This document shows, in pieces, positions 13,438-26,611 of a stretch of DNA of 64,000 nucleotides. Position 1 is the first letter of the stretch. Every line of letters begins with the position of its first letter. Source of the stretch: Mobula birostris (taxonomy: Eukaryota); NCBI RefSeq assembly GCF_030028105.1, contig NC_092372.1, positions 158,168,058 through 158,232,057 of the forward strand. The letters are read 5' to 3'. A model generated the notes under the pieces. It worked only from the letters and a program-made list of their open reading frames with translations. It was not told the origin of the DNA and ran no database searches. Made by a program: the position numbers and the translations under genes.

Positions 13438-13544
13438 TGACACAAATTTAGGTCTTTGGTCCACTGAGGCATAGATCTGAGATCAAGAGAAGAATGTGAG
13501 ACCACCAAAGTAGCATTGCTTAAGTTCCCATGCTACCATCTCCA

Positions 13545-15530
13545 TAAGTCCATAAGAATATAAGAGATAGGAGCAGAAGTAGGCCATTCAACCCATCAAG
13601 TCTACTTCGCTTTGGATTGTTGCTGATTTTATATTCTCTCTCAACCCCATTTTCACATCTTCTCCCTGTAACCTTTGACATTTTTACTAATAAAGAACGT
13701 ATCAACCTCTGCTTTAAATATACTCAGTAACTTGGTCTACACAGTCATCCACAGCAATGACTTACACAGTCACTACCCTCTGGCTAAAGAAATTCCTTCT
13801 CACCTCTGTTCTAAATGGACATCGTTCTGTTCTGAGGCTGTTTGCTCTGGTCCTGGACTCTTCCTCTATTGGAAACATGCTCTCCATCTCCACTCGATCT
13901 AGACTTTCAATATTTCAGTAGATTTCAATAAGTTTACCTCTTATTCTTCTAAACTCCAGTGAGTGCAGGCTCGTAGCCATTAAAACTTTTCATTAACCTT
14001 TTCATTCCCAGGATCACTTTTGTAAGCATCAATTGCAAGCACACCCTTTCTTAAATATGGATCCTCAACTTCTCACAATACTCTTTGTGTGATCTAACCA
14101 ATGCCATATAAAGCATCAAAAAGAACATCCTTGTGTTTATATTTTAGTCCGCTTGAAGTGGGTGCTAACATTGCATTTGCCTTCCTTACTACCAACTGAA
14201 TGGTGGTCTTCAGGGAATCCAGCACTAAAACTCCCAAGTCCACTTGCACCTCTGAATTTGCTCCCTGTTTAGAAAATCGTCTGTGATCATCTAGATCATT
14301 AACATATAACATGAAAAGTAACCTCCAAGTATCCCAGAACCTCATCCTTTATAATAGATTGTCAGAAGCTTTCCACTGTCTCGTGAAATGGTCTTATTGC
14401 CATTCACACTGTCTTCTCCTATTGCCATTCACGCTGTCTTCTCCATTCAAGGCTGTATGTGACAAACAGTGCAAAAGAATCTGTAGCTCTGCATAAAAAA
14501 GTCTAATATCTGGGAGCAGGAGTAGCTTGCAAGGCTACTATGTAGAGCAAGATATAGAGTTCGAAAAGACCAGATCAGCCATGTTGTTTATCTTATTATG
14601 AGCCCAACTCCACTTTCTTGTTTTTGATTCATTTGTAGTCCAGTAATAAACAGTACTGGTCATGAATATATGCAATAATTCAGCCTCCAGACCTTCAAGG
14701 ATAGAAACATAGAAACATAGAAAATAGGTGCAGGAGTAGGCCATTCGGCCCTGAGAGCCTGCACTGCCATTCAGTATGATCATGGCTGATCATCCAACTC
14801 AGAACCCTGTACCAGCCTTCTCTCCATACCCCCTGATCCCTTTAGCCACAAGGGCCATATCTAACTCCCTCTTAAATATAGCCAATGAACTGGCCTCAAC
14901 TGTTTCCTGTGTCAAATTTTCAGAGAACTTCAAGGATTAACAACCCCCAATAGAAAAAACCAACCTCCTCATCTTTTTAAAAGGCTGAACCATCATCCTG
15001 ATGCCTTACTCCTCGTGCAGAGTTTCACATCTTTACTGTGTTTACCCTGTCGAACCCCCTCATAATTCTACAGGCCCAATCTATACTATCTGTCCTCAGA
15101 AGACAATCCTTTCATCCAGGATCAATCTAGTGAACTTGATCTGCACAACTTTCAAGGCTAGTATATACATACTTAAATAAGGAGATCAAAACTCTGCACA
15201 GTATTGCCTTTGTCCTGAAAAATTCTAGAAAGATTTCCCCACCTTTTGATTCCAATCCTTTTGCAATCTAGGACAATGTTCTATTTGCTAGGTATCTGTG
15301 TTCCTTGTGCAAGAATACCCAGATTTATTTGAATATCAGCTTTCTTTAGTCTTATACCACTTCAATAATATTCTGATTTTCTGTTTTTCCAAACAAAGTG
15401 GATAACTTCACATTTCTTAATACTCCATCTTTTTTTTGCCCACTTATTTAATCTACTTTTGTGGCCTTCTCACAAATTATTATCCCATTTTCTTTATAAT
15501 GTGACGCAATGCACACAGTTCCTTCATCTA
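13545..15530 (-). mobile_element. Stacked CR1 fragments, including a young CR1 3' end at about 14701-14910
   Basis: RT remnants (LFMLYVNDLD, KANAML); the young tail is near-identical to the copies at 38266 and 62554. Confidence 0.75.
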
Positions 15531-15661
15531 TTTAAATTGCAATGTTCGGATCTTGGGTCCAGTTTCCTCTATTTTTCACAGTGCACTTTCATCTTGGCTG
15601 TTTAAGAAGTAGATATTTGTGTAGAATGTGGTACATAAAAGCAGCTGATCGATCATTAGTT

Positions 15662-17478
15662 TATATAACCATATAACAATTACAGCATGGAAACAGGCCA
15701 TCTCGGCCCTTCTAGTCCATGCTGAACTCTTACTCTCACCGAGTCCCACCGACATGCACTCAGCCCATAACCCTCCATTCCTTTCTTGTCCATATACCTA
15801 TCCAATTTAACTTTAAATGACAACATCAAACCTGCCTCAACCACTTCTGCTGGATGCTCGTTCCACACAGCTACCACTCTCTGAGTAAAGAAGTTCCCCC
15901 TCATGTTACACATAAACTTTTGTCCTTTAACTCTCAACTCGTGTCCTCTTGTTTGAATCTCCTCCACTCTCAATGGAAAAAGCCTATTCACGTCAACTCT
16001 ATCTATCCCCCTCATAATTTTAAATACCTCTATCAAGTCCCCCCTCATCCTTCAATGCTCCAAAGAATAAAGACCCAACTTGTTCAACCTTTCTCTGTAA
16101 CTTAGGAGATGAAACCCAGGCAACATTTTAGTAAATCTCCTCTGTACTCTCTCAATTTTATTGACGTCTTTCCTATAATTCGGTGACCAGAACTGCACAC
16201 AAAACTCCAAATTTGGCTTTACCAATGCCTGAAACAATTTCACATTACATCCCAACTCCTATACTCAATGCTCTGATTTATAAAGGCCAGCATACCAAAA
16301 GCTTTCTTCACCACCCTATCCACACGAGATTCCACCTTCAGGGAACTATGCACCATTATTCCTAGATCCCTCTGTTCTACTGCATTCTTCAATGCCCTAC
16401 CATTTACCATGTATGTCCTATTTTGATTAGTCCTACCAAAATGTAGCATCTCACATTTATCGGCATTAAACTCCATCTGCCATCTTTCAGCCCACTCTTC
16501 TAAGTGCTCTAAATCTCTCTGCAAGCTTTGAGAACCTACTTCATTATCCACAACTCCACCTATCTTCATATCATCTGCATACTTACTAATCCAATTTACC
16601 ACCCCATCATCCAGATCATTAATGTATATGACAAACAACATTGGACCCAGTACAGATCCCTGAGGCACACCACTAGACACCGTCCTCCAATCTGACACGC
16701 AGTAATCCACCACTGCTCTCTGGTGTCTCCTATCCAGCCACGGCTGAATCCATTTTACTACTTCGATATTAATGCCTAACGATTGAACCTTCCTAACTAA
16801 CCTTCCGTGTGGAACCTTGTCAAAGGCCTTACTGAAGTCCATATAGACAACATCCACCGCTTTACCCTCATCAACTTTCCTGGTAACCTCATCAAAAAAT
16901 TCAATAAGATATGTCAAACGTGACCTTCCACTCACAAATCCACGTTGACGGTTCCTAATCAGACCCTGTCTGTCCAGATAATTATATATACCATCTCTAA
17001 GAATACCTTCCATCAACTTACCCATCACTGACGTCAAACTAACAGGCCGATAATTGCTAGGTTTACTCTTAGAACCATTTTTAAACAATGGAACCACGTG
17101 AGCAATACACCAATCCTCCAGCACCATCCCTGTTTCTCATGACATTTGAAATATTTCTGTCAGAGCCCCTGCTATTTCCACACTAACTTCCCTCAAGGTC
17201 CTAGGGAATATCCTGTCCGGACCTGGAGACTTAATCCACTTTTATATTCCTTAAAAGCACCAGTACTTCCTCTTCTTTAATCGACATACTTTCCATAACT
17301 ACCCTTCTTTTTTCCTTTACCTTACACAATTCAATATCCTTCCCCTTAGTGAAAACCGAAAAAAGGAAATTGTTCAAAACTTCCCCCATCTCTTTTGGCT
17401 CCGCACATAGCCGTCCACTCTGATTCTCTAAAGGACCAATTTTATCCCTCACTATCCTTTTGCTATTAATAAAACTAT
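15662..17478 (-). mobile_element. 5'-truncated CR1 LINE with an RT domain (frameshifted)
   Basis: ORF 16240-17127 has NYRPVSLTS, DFSKAFDKV, GVPQGSVLGP and YADD; C-terminal ORFs 16052-16255 and 15680-16048. Confidence 0.95.
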
Positions 17479-17582
17479 TATTTATAAGGTTATTTATATG
17501 CTTATAGTTTATTTATATGCTTTACTAATGTTCTGTGCCATAGTACCTTTTTATGACATTTCTTCACTTTTTATGCTTGTAG

Positions 17583-17682
17583 TGAAAATCAACACTGTGA
17601 TCACAGATCTACTTGGATCCAAAACAAAGCCTTGTTCAGTTACTCCAATTGTTTTGCCAACTATTAAAACAAACGAAGAACT
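17583..17682 (+). CDS. PKD1L1: PKD1L1 exon (LKINTVITDLLGSKTKPCSVTPIVLP...EEL)
   Basis: gcttgtag| ... ACT|GTAAGT; 100 nt, phase 1-2. Confidence 0.9.
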
Positions 17683-18002
17683 GTAAGTAAATGATTCTTT
17701 CAGGAGGTCTGAATCATGCGCCTAATTTCTGAAATATATTTGATTTCTCAACCCCTACTTATTGCAAATAAATTGATAGAAGTTTAAGAATCTACAATTT
17801 GCTGAAATGTAATTTTGGAATATTGCATATTATGCAAAAACTCCTTATATCCCAAAATAATTATCATGAAATAACCATCAATTTTTTTAACTAACTGTGG
17901 ATTTTATCAAGTATTTTTGTTAATTTCAGAAATTAAATAGGTTTTCCGTTTCACCATGCGAAAAGCTTTCAGTAATTCTGATCCTTTTTTCCTTCTGTTC
18001 AG

Positions 18003-18195
18003 ATACATCCAGGGTCTTCAGAATCTGTCAACTCTGATTTTGTTAGGTAATCAAAAGGAAACAAAAAATTACATTCTGCTGTTGAACAGAGTCCTCCATC
18101 GACTCCATAAAGAAGGAAGTACCAGGCTAGATTTACAGAAACAAACCAGAAATACATTAATAGCAGCTCTTTGCAGCCTAACTATATTGAATCAG
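18003..18195 (+). CDS. PKD1L1: PKD1L1 exon (YIQGLQNLSTLILLG...LCSLTILNQ)
   Basis: ttctgttcag| ... CAG|GTATGT; 193 nt, phase 2-0. Confidence 0.92.
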
Positions 18196-18351
18196 GTATG
18201 TTTTACATAAGCCATGTTACCCAGCATGATATTGATCCTTAAGAGTATCTATTATTCTAAGATTTTGTTACTTTCTTGAAATATTTTTCACATGTACTGG
18301 TAATTTAGCAACATTGAGCACTGAAAACAATGAACTAAAATAATTGAAATG

Positions 18352-18720
18352 GTTCACTTTAACATCAGAGAATGTATACAGTATACTACCTGAAATTCTT
18401 ACTCTTCACGGAGGCATCCATCAAACAAGAACCCCAAAAAATGAATGACAGTAAAATCAGACCCCCAAAGCCCCCTCTCCCTCCCACGAACAAGCAGCAG
18501 CAGAAGCAGGGATCCTTGCCCTCCCCCTCACTTGTAAGCAATAGCAGAAACCCCCAACGAGACCTTGATCTGGAGTCCATCAAAAACTACCGTCCATAAA
18601 CAAGCACCCCAGTATCTCAGAAAGGCTCACTCTCTCTCCATTGAGGGAGAGAGAGGTTTTTCCTGCAACAACGAGAGCGGGAGACAAGCAGCTGCCTATT
18701 CCGATGTTACAATCTTCTGC
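18352..18720 (-). mobile_element. Non-autonomous retroelement/SINE, same family as 22940-23349
   Basis: Reverse complement matches the 3' end of 23040-23349 (aatttcagg...tgtatacattctctga..ttaaa..gaac). Confidence 0.65.
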
Positions 18721-19168
18721 ATCACATCTTTGAGTAATTATTTTGACTTTAACATTTGAAGTGTTTGAGCTTGAATTCCGTATTGGATGTTTGTTGAGTA
18801 ATTTTTAAGTGTGTCTCATGACCCATTATAGAATGTCATTCATATTTCCTGTTTTATCACACTTACCCATCAATAGTTCACTTCAATGGTATGTATTAGG
18901 TATTGTTTCCAGAGTCATTTTCCAGTTCAGTGCAGTGTTTTGCTTTTATTTTAGCAGAGACCTAAAAATTAAAAGTTCATTTCTTCTGAAAAATAAACAT
19001 TGTCAATGTTTAGAGTGTACTGTCAGTATTGTTATTATTAATAAACAATGCTTGTGCTTCCAGCCAGGTACAGGTATAGATTATAACTGGCATTTCACTG
19101 ACAGACTCTGTCATCATCTTCAAGGATGATGCCTGGGCATACCTCGCATTTTTTGAGGAATAGGGAAC

Positions 19169-19745
19169 ATGTCTGTAGTGTTAGTACTTTGCTCTGAGTG
19201 TCAGATGTGGGAATCCTGGGAATCTTCCAGTCTCCCAGATGGCCACATCTGTGCCAAGTACACCGAGATGCAGCTCCTGAGAGACTGTGTTAGGGGTCTG
19301 GAGCTGTGGCTTGATGACCTACAGCTTATTAGGGAAAGTGAGCAGGAAATAGATAGGAGCTACAGGGAGTTAGTCACCCCAAGGCTGCAAGAGTTAGACA
19401 AGTGGGTGACTGTCAGGGAAGGGATGGGAAGAGCTCAGATAGTAGAGAGCACCGCTGTGGCCATCCACCTCAGTAATCATTATCTCATTTTGGATACTGT
19501 TGAGGGGAGTAACCTGACAGAGGACAACCATGGCGATCGGGTCTCTGGCACTGAGCCTGGATCCGTGGTGCAAAAGGGAGAGAAAAAGATGAGGAATGCG
19601 GTTGTCATAGGGGATTCCATAGTGAGGGGAATAGACATGATAGTCAGTCAGCCTGATAGAGATACCTGCATGGTGTGTTGCTTCCCAGCTGCCAGGGTAT
19701 GGAATGTCTTGGATCGGGTGCAGAGTATTCTGAAGGGAGAATTGG
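19169..19745 (+). mobile_element. CR1 ORF1 fragment (Cys motif, leucine zipper, SGNH esterase), truncated by a Rex insertion
   Basis: CSECQMW, a heptad LRDCVRGLELWLDDL, and the esterase block VVIGDSIVRG. Confidence 0.85.
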
Positions 19746-20570
19746 ATTGAATTGAATTGACTTTATTTCTTACATCCTTCACATACATGAGGAGTAAAAA
19801 TCTGTACATTATGTCTCCATCTCAATGTACAATATGTAATCACAGTAATTTATAATAATTTATAATAAATAGAACAGTCAATGTAATATAGAGTACACTC
19901 AAATCAGCCTGAATTCATCAGTCTGATGGCCTGGTGGAGGAAGCTGTCCTGGAGCCTGTTGGTCCTGGCTTTTATGCTGCAGTACCACTTCCTGGATGGT
20001 AGCAGCTGGAATAGACTGTGCTTGGGATGACTTGGGTTCCCAATGACCCTACGGGCCCTTTTTACATACCTGTCCTTGTAGATGTCCTGAATCATGGGAA
20101 GTTCACACTGGGCTGTCCGCACCACTCTCTGCAGAGTCCTGCGAATAAGGGAGGTACGGTTCCCATACCAGCCAGTGATGCAGCCAGTCAGGATGCTCTC
20201 AATTGTGCCCCTGTAGAAAGTTCTTAGGATTTGGGGGCCCATACCAAACTTCCTCAACCGTCTGAGGTGAAAGAGGTGCTGTTGTGCCTTTTTCACCACG
20301 TAGCTGGTGTGTACAGACCACGTGAGGTCTTTGGTGATGTGGATACCGAGGATTTTGAAGCTGTTTACCCTCTCAACCCCAGAACCATTGACGTCTCCAT
20401 TCCTCCTGTAATCCACAACCAGCTCCTTTGTTTTTGCGACACTGAGGGAGAGGTTGTTTTCTTCACACCACTGTGTCAGAGGGATGACTTCTTCCCTGTC
20501 GGCCACCTCGTTATTGTTTGAGATAAGGCCAATCAATGTAGTGTCATTGGCAAATTTAATTAGCAGATCT
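19746..20570 (-). mobile_element. Rex/Babar LINE 3' part
   Basis: (ATTGA)n tail with AATAAA; ORF 19904-20536 has KTKELVVDYRR, FYRGTIESILTGCITGWYG and TNRLQDSF. Confidence 0.9.
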
Positions 20571-21459
20571 GAAAGCTTTCTGGAAGAACCAGAGTGAAGA
20601 TGTTTGTGTTCAGCAAATTCTCCCTATTGTACATTCCCTCTATTAAACAAAACACCATATTATCCATAGATTTAACCTAAAAATTAAATACAGTTTTGCC
20701 TTTTGTTGTCAGTTTTAGTTTATTAAAGTGATTTGTTTGTTTTGGTTGATTTACCAAATGCTATTCTTGAAAATTTTATCTATTCATGCAGAAAGAGATA
20801 ATGAACCCAATATTGGTAAATATTTAGAATTTGAGAAGAGGCCTTCATTGACCATGTAATACTTGAAGCTGCATTGCTTTCAGGATGCTGTCTAACTAGT
20901 GAAGTAATAGAACATATAGAACATAGAAAACCTAAGCACAATACAGGCCCTTCGGCCCACAAAGCTGTGCCGAACATGTCTTCTCAAAGTTCAAAAACTC
21001 ATTGAAGTACATTTATTATCAAAAATGTACACATTATACAACTTTGAGATTCGTCTCCTAACAGGCAGCCACGAAACAAAGAAACCCAAAAGAACCCAGT
21101 AAAAAATAAGAATGTTGAACACCCCATGTGCAGAGAAAAAAAACAAATCATGCAAACAATAAACGCAAGCAAGTAGTGTTCTGAACTGATGTCTACAAAG
21201 AGGGTCTATCCACAGACCCTGAGTTCAGCACAGAGGGGAGCAGTGCTGAACTGATAATCCCATTTCAGTCTGCTACAGCTGAGAACCACAACTACATCCA
21301 AGGTCTGTACAGTTAGTATAATTTTAATACCATTAAAAAAAAACCTGTTTCTACTTAAAATCAATGGAACTTAAACAGGCTCTGGTTGTGGTACTGTAAA
21401 AGACTCAGGAAGAGAAGTTGCCAGTCTGGTTGAAAAGTTCATCTCAGGAAGTGTAGATC

Positions 21460-22935
21460 TCGACTCTTGCTGGCAAACATACAGTCTCTGGGAAATAAAA
21501 TTGAAGATCTCAGAGATAGAGTGCTGCTCCAGAGGGACATTAGGATCAGTTGTGCTTTTTGTTCCATGGAATCTTGGTTAACTGCTTCAATCCCAGATGC
21601 AGCAATTCAGATTGATAGTTTCACAATACACTGCCAAGATAGGACTGCTGAGTCTTTTAAAGACAGAGGAGGTCGCGTATGCATCATAATCAACTCTTTG
21701 TGGTGCATAAATATGGCAGTTCTGTCCCAGTCCTGTTCACTTGACTTGGAACATCTCAAGATTAGATGTTGTCCATTTTATCTGCCGCAAGAGACTTCAG
21801 CGATTATTTTGGTAGCAGTGTACATTCCACCTTAGACCAGTGTCAAACAGGCTCTAGATAAACTAACCGACATAATAAGCAGGCAGGAAACAGCACCTCC
21901 TGATGTCTTTCCCATCATTTTGGGGGATTTTAGCCAGGCCAGCTTGAAAAAGTCTCTAAATAATTATTATCAACAGATCACTTGTAGTACCAGAAGAACC
22001 AACACACTAGATCACTGTTTCACCAGCATCAAGAGTGCTTACCGTGCTATCCTTCTCCCACACTTTGTAAAGTCTAATCTGACTGTACTTCTACTCCCTG
22101 AGTACAGGCAGAGACTGAAGACTGCAGCACCAGTAGTGAGGACCAAGAAGGTATGGACCAGGGAAGCACAGGAATGCTTACAGGACTGCTTTGAATTGGT
22201 GGACTAGTCTGTATTCAGGGATTCATCTTCAAGTATGAATGAGGACGCCACTGTTGTCACTGACTTAATTAAAACCTGTGTGGATGAGTGTGTATCTATG
22301 AAAACATGCTCTATGTACTCATATCAAAAGCCGTGGATGTGCCAGAAGGTTCATAGTCTTCTGAGGGCTAGATTGTGGCATTCAAGTCTGGAAACCCAGG
22401 TGTAAAAAAGGAAAACAGGGATGACTCATGGAGGGCTATTTCAAGAGCTAACAAACGATTTTGAATGAGGCAATATCCGAGGCAAAATCAGATGTACGTC
22501 AATTCTGGAAGAGTTTGCAGGCCATTATTTTCTACAAAGTGAAATCTAACACCCCCAGACAAGCTCAATGCCTTTAATGCTTGCTTTGAAAGGGAGAATA
22601 AAACTACAGCTATGCAGATCCCTGCAACACCCAGTGACCTTGTGATCTCTGTCTCAGAGGCCGACGTCAGGCTGTCTTTCAAGAGGGTGAACCCTTGCAA
22701 GGCAACAGGCCCCAATGGGCTCTGAAAACCTGTGCCAACCAACTGTTTGGTTCAATTTCTCATTGCTACAGTGGAAGTTCCCACCTGCTTCAAAAGGGTA
22801 ACAACTATATCAGAGCCCAAGAAGAGCAGGGTGGGCTGCCTTAATGTGTATTGTCCAGTAGCGCTTGCAACTACAGTGATCAGGTGCTTTGAGAAGTTGG
22901 TTATGGCTAGAATTAACTCCTGTTTCAGCAAGGAA
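21460..22935 (+). mobile_element. Rex/Babar LINE ORF2 5' part (APE endonuclease and RT N-terminus), decayed
   Basis: LANIQSLGNK, ESWL, VAVYIPP, GDFSQ, TLDHC, RCFEKLV. Confidence 0.9.
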
Positions 22936-22939
22936 CTTG

Positions 22940-23349
22940 GGGGAAGAAAGCCAGACTTTTATCACCCTAAATCAGTGAGTTGTTTTATTATATCTTCCCT
23001 CTGGCTGTGAAAGGGGACACCTCTTTTTCCCTTTATTAAGGGAAGAGAGAGCCTTTGGTGGGTGATCGATTAGTTTTTGCTGTATCGCAGATCATGGTCT
23101 TTCTTGGGGTCTTGCTATTGTACGCTTGGTGGGTGGAGGGTGCTGATGCTCTTTTGTGAAAGTTGGTGCAGGTGGGGGAGGGCTGTTGCTTTGTTGCTGC
23201 TTGTGTGTGGGCAGGCTTTGCAGTTCTAATGTTTTTACTGTCATTCATTCTTTGGGGCGTTCCTCTGTTTTTGTGGATGTTCGCGAAGAAAAAGAAATTC
23301 AGGATGCGTATTGTATACATTTCTCTGGTATTAAATGGAACAATTGAAC
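22940..23349 (+). mobile_element. Non-autonomous retroelement/SINE
   Basis: Shares sequence with the minus copy at 18352-18720; ATTAAA plus a short repeat tail. Confidence 0.65.
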
Positions 23350-23494
23350 GAGAGAGAGAGATTGCCAAGTACACAGCCTTCGACAGCTGATCTGCTGTTC
23401 CCGATATTCCGTTCATTCGGCGGCACCGGGTCAGAATCAGTCAGTCTCCAGTGTCATGAAACAGAGCTCCGTTTGTCTTCTAGGGGATAGTGAT

Positions 23495-23591
23495 AAGTGG
23501 CTGGTCATGGAGTGGGTCATGGAGTGGGTCCCACTACCACAAAGTGGCTGGTCATGGAGTGGGTCATGGAGTGGGTCCCACTACCACAAAG
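23495..23591. repeat. Perfect tandem duplication of a 47-bp unit that itself contains 12-bp repeats
   Basis: aagtggctggtcatggagtgggtcatggagtgggtcccactaccaca x2. Confidence 0.95.
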
Positions 23592-24479
23592 AACTAAAGT
23601 CTGAGTGTAACTTCAGGTCAGGGTATTCAACAGAACCCCATCCACCTGAAAGGGAAAAGGAGAGACATCAAAAGTAGAAATTAAGCAGTTTTCAAAGATG
23701 AATGTGAAGGAGTCGCAATTTAGCACCATCATGACTTCACCTCCACCTATACTTGCTGTAATTCAGTTTTTTCCCTGTATTATTATGTATTGCATTGAAC
23801 TGCTGCTGCAAAGTCAACAAATTTCACAACATATTCTGGTGATATTAAACCTGATTCTGAACCGGCCCGACCCTTGCCTCGGGCCCCGACGCCCTGACAT
23901 TTTCAATCTGGCCTGTCAGTTTCGCTTAAATCAGGTACAGTCATCGGGTTCTGTCACCTTGATATGCTCTGGGGCCTGGACCCTGCCGCCTCCATTACGT
24001 CCATATCCAACCATTCTGATTCCACACAGCACTTCAGTTGATTGAACCTTGGGTCTTCCTCGCTTTCAGTGACGGGCCCGCTGCCTCGCTTCACTTCGTT
24101 TCGAATTGTCTCCAAGTCCAAAGGGAAGTTACAGACTTTTACTTGCGATGGTTGTTTGCCAGAAAAAGAGTGATCAACAAAGTATTTAGTTGTTTCCCCT
24201 GTTTCATTGGCCACCAGCCAGAAGTCACTGAGATTCAGCAGTACCATCTTTGCTGGAATGCCATTCTCTTCTCTTCCCATTGCTGCACTCTTTCCTCTGG
24301 TGTTGCTCAGAGTCTACCTTTGAGCACTTTTTTTCCAATTGCAACCATTTGTTAATGCTCTCCAGAAACAAAAGATTTCACATGTATTTTGATGATATCA
24401 CTTCCATCTAATTACCATTCTTTTGTCTAAGTGGTCAAACTGCTTGCCTGACATATGTTACCAGAAATGCAAATGTGTT

Positions 24480-25085
24480 TTATTCTGGACAACTTTGTCT
24501 CCAATCACTTAACATCATCAAGACCAAGGAATTGGGTGTGGACATCAGGAAAGAGAAGTTGGGAAAACACACAGCAGTCCCCATTGAGGGGGTAGAGATG
24601 AAAACGGTGGCATCTTCAATTTCCTGGTCAAAATCCTCAGAGGATCTACCATTACGTTGATGCAATCATGAAGGAGGCATGCCAGCAGCTATACTTCATT
24701 TAGGAGTTTGAGGAGAATTGGACACCAAAGATGATCAAATTTCTATTGATGCACAGTGTAGAATATTCTGACTGGTTACATCACAGCCTGATATGGAGGT
24801 TCCAATGCACAGGATGGAATGAAGCTGCAGAGGGTTGTACACTCAGTCCGTTCTATCACGAGCCCAGCCCTCCCCACCATCAGGAACATTTTCAAAAGGA
24901 ATTGTCTCATGAAGGCGACATCCATCTTTAAAGACCCTCACTATCTGGGATATGTAGTTTTCCCATTGCTACTAGGAGCCTTAAGACCCACATTTAACAT
25001 TTTAGGAGCAGTTTCTTCCCCTCTGCAATCAGATTTCTGAACAGTCTATGAATCCATGAACACTACCTTGCAATTCCTCTTTCAC
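24480..25085 (+). mobile_element. Rex/Babar 3' fragment
   Basis: LNIIKTKELGVDIRK; KLQRVV...IFKDPHYLGY. Confidence 0.8.
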
Positions 25086-25097
25086 ACAATTTATTTA

Positions 25098-25916
25098 CAT
25101 TGGGTTCCGGTTAATACAGCGAGATCAGTGCGTTTTGGCCCAATTAGGCAGCTGCCCCAATTTAGTGAAGTTTCATAGAAATAGTGAAATTGATATAAAA
25201 AAGACAAACTACAATTTAACTAAGGAACAAATTGAACAAAATGTATTTAAACGAGATACTAAAAAAATTGGAGCACTTCCAAAACAAGTATGGGACTATA
25301 AAACTGTATTAGTTCCCAATAGTTATCGACAGAGGAATTAACTTGGTGTTTGCTGATGTGTTCTTTTGATTGACTGTAAAAGAACAAAATCAGCACAAAC
25401 ACCCTGGTGCACTGTCTTCAAACAATGCTTTCACCAATTGCATCCTCCAAATTTTCACTTTAATTGGAACATTCAAGATGATCGTCGATACCCTCCAATT
25501 CTCTCTAATTCCTGCTTTAGTGAAGTAGTGAAATTGTTTCATTTTCACTCCTGGCCATTTCTAGCATCTCCAAGCCTAAATGCTTGAAACTGCAGTGAGC
25601 AGAACAGTTCTGAATTGCCTTACTGTTTATTACTTGCTAACTATCAGTGACAAAAGTCATTGTTTTTTAACACAAACACATACAACTGATGCCATTTTAA
25701 AAACTGCTCCCTCTGAGCGAGGTGTAGTGTCTAATGGCCACACAAGTACAGATGACTGATGCTAGTTAGGAACTGTTCAGCAACAGTCTCATGTCCCAAC
25801 TTATGGGCATAGTGTCCCAAATAAATGAAGGGAATCATGGCTATTTTCTTGATTTGATTTTGTTCATGCAGAGTTGTCCTAAATAAGTGGCTGCCTTGAT
25901 TAACCAGAATCCACTG
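25098..25916. mobile_element. Tigger/pogo-like non-autonomous DNA transposon
   Basis: Imperfect TIRs TA-CATTGGGTTCCGGTTAAT ... ATTAACCAGAATCCACTG-TA with TA flanks. Confidence 0.75.
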
Positions 25917-25934
25917 TAAACTACCTACCCCCAT

Positions 25935-26218
25935 CAACCTGCACCAGGACCATAGCGTAGCCCTCCATACCTATTCAAACTTCACTTAAATGTTGAAATT
26001 GAGCTTACATGTACCACTTCTGCTGGCAGATCATTCCACACTCTCATGGCCCTCTGAGTGAAGAAGTTTCCCCTCATGTATCCCTGAAACTTTTCACCTT
26101 TCACCCTTAATCCATGACCTCTAGTTGTAGTCCCATCCAACCTCAGTGGAAAAAGCCTGCTTCCATTTATCCTGTCTATACTTCTCATAATTTTTGTATA
26201 CCTCTATCAAATCTCCTC
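25935..26218 (-). mobile_element. CR1 3' fragment
   Basis: TTTRGHGLRVKG...NFFTQRAMRVWNDLP. Confidence 0.85.
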
Positions 26219-26611
26219 CCTGTTATCTCCACCGACATATATCAGTGATAATAATTTTGATTCTGAGGAATATTTAGATTAGATTATTAGATTTCATACT
26301 TACACATCCATAATGTTGCCCAACCCCATCCCAGTTGATTCAATACCATATCCCTTTCTCTTCCTTGATCTCTCTAAATTTTATCATTGTACAGATGATC
26401 TGTATTCTCCATTTGTAAGTTAAAACTCTGCCGAATGTCTAAAAGAATTTTACCCTTCGTCTCTTCGCTTGCTGATTTACAATAACTTCTGAAAGAGGAA
26501 CATTTTGGATTCTATAATTTTTATCTTTATTTTCTCAGTTCTGCGGTAAACTCATATTTCTCCATTTCTGTCATCTCTTCTAGGCTTAGATTCTGGCACA
26601 ACACTGATTTT

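Noticed and set aside
16240-17127. Active or domesticated reverse transcriptase gene
   Set aside because: YADD is intact, but the element is 5'-truncated and frameshifted on both sides.
23495-23591. CRISPR-like array
   Set aside because: No unique spacers, only two identical units, and a eukaryotic intron context.
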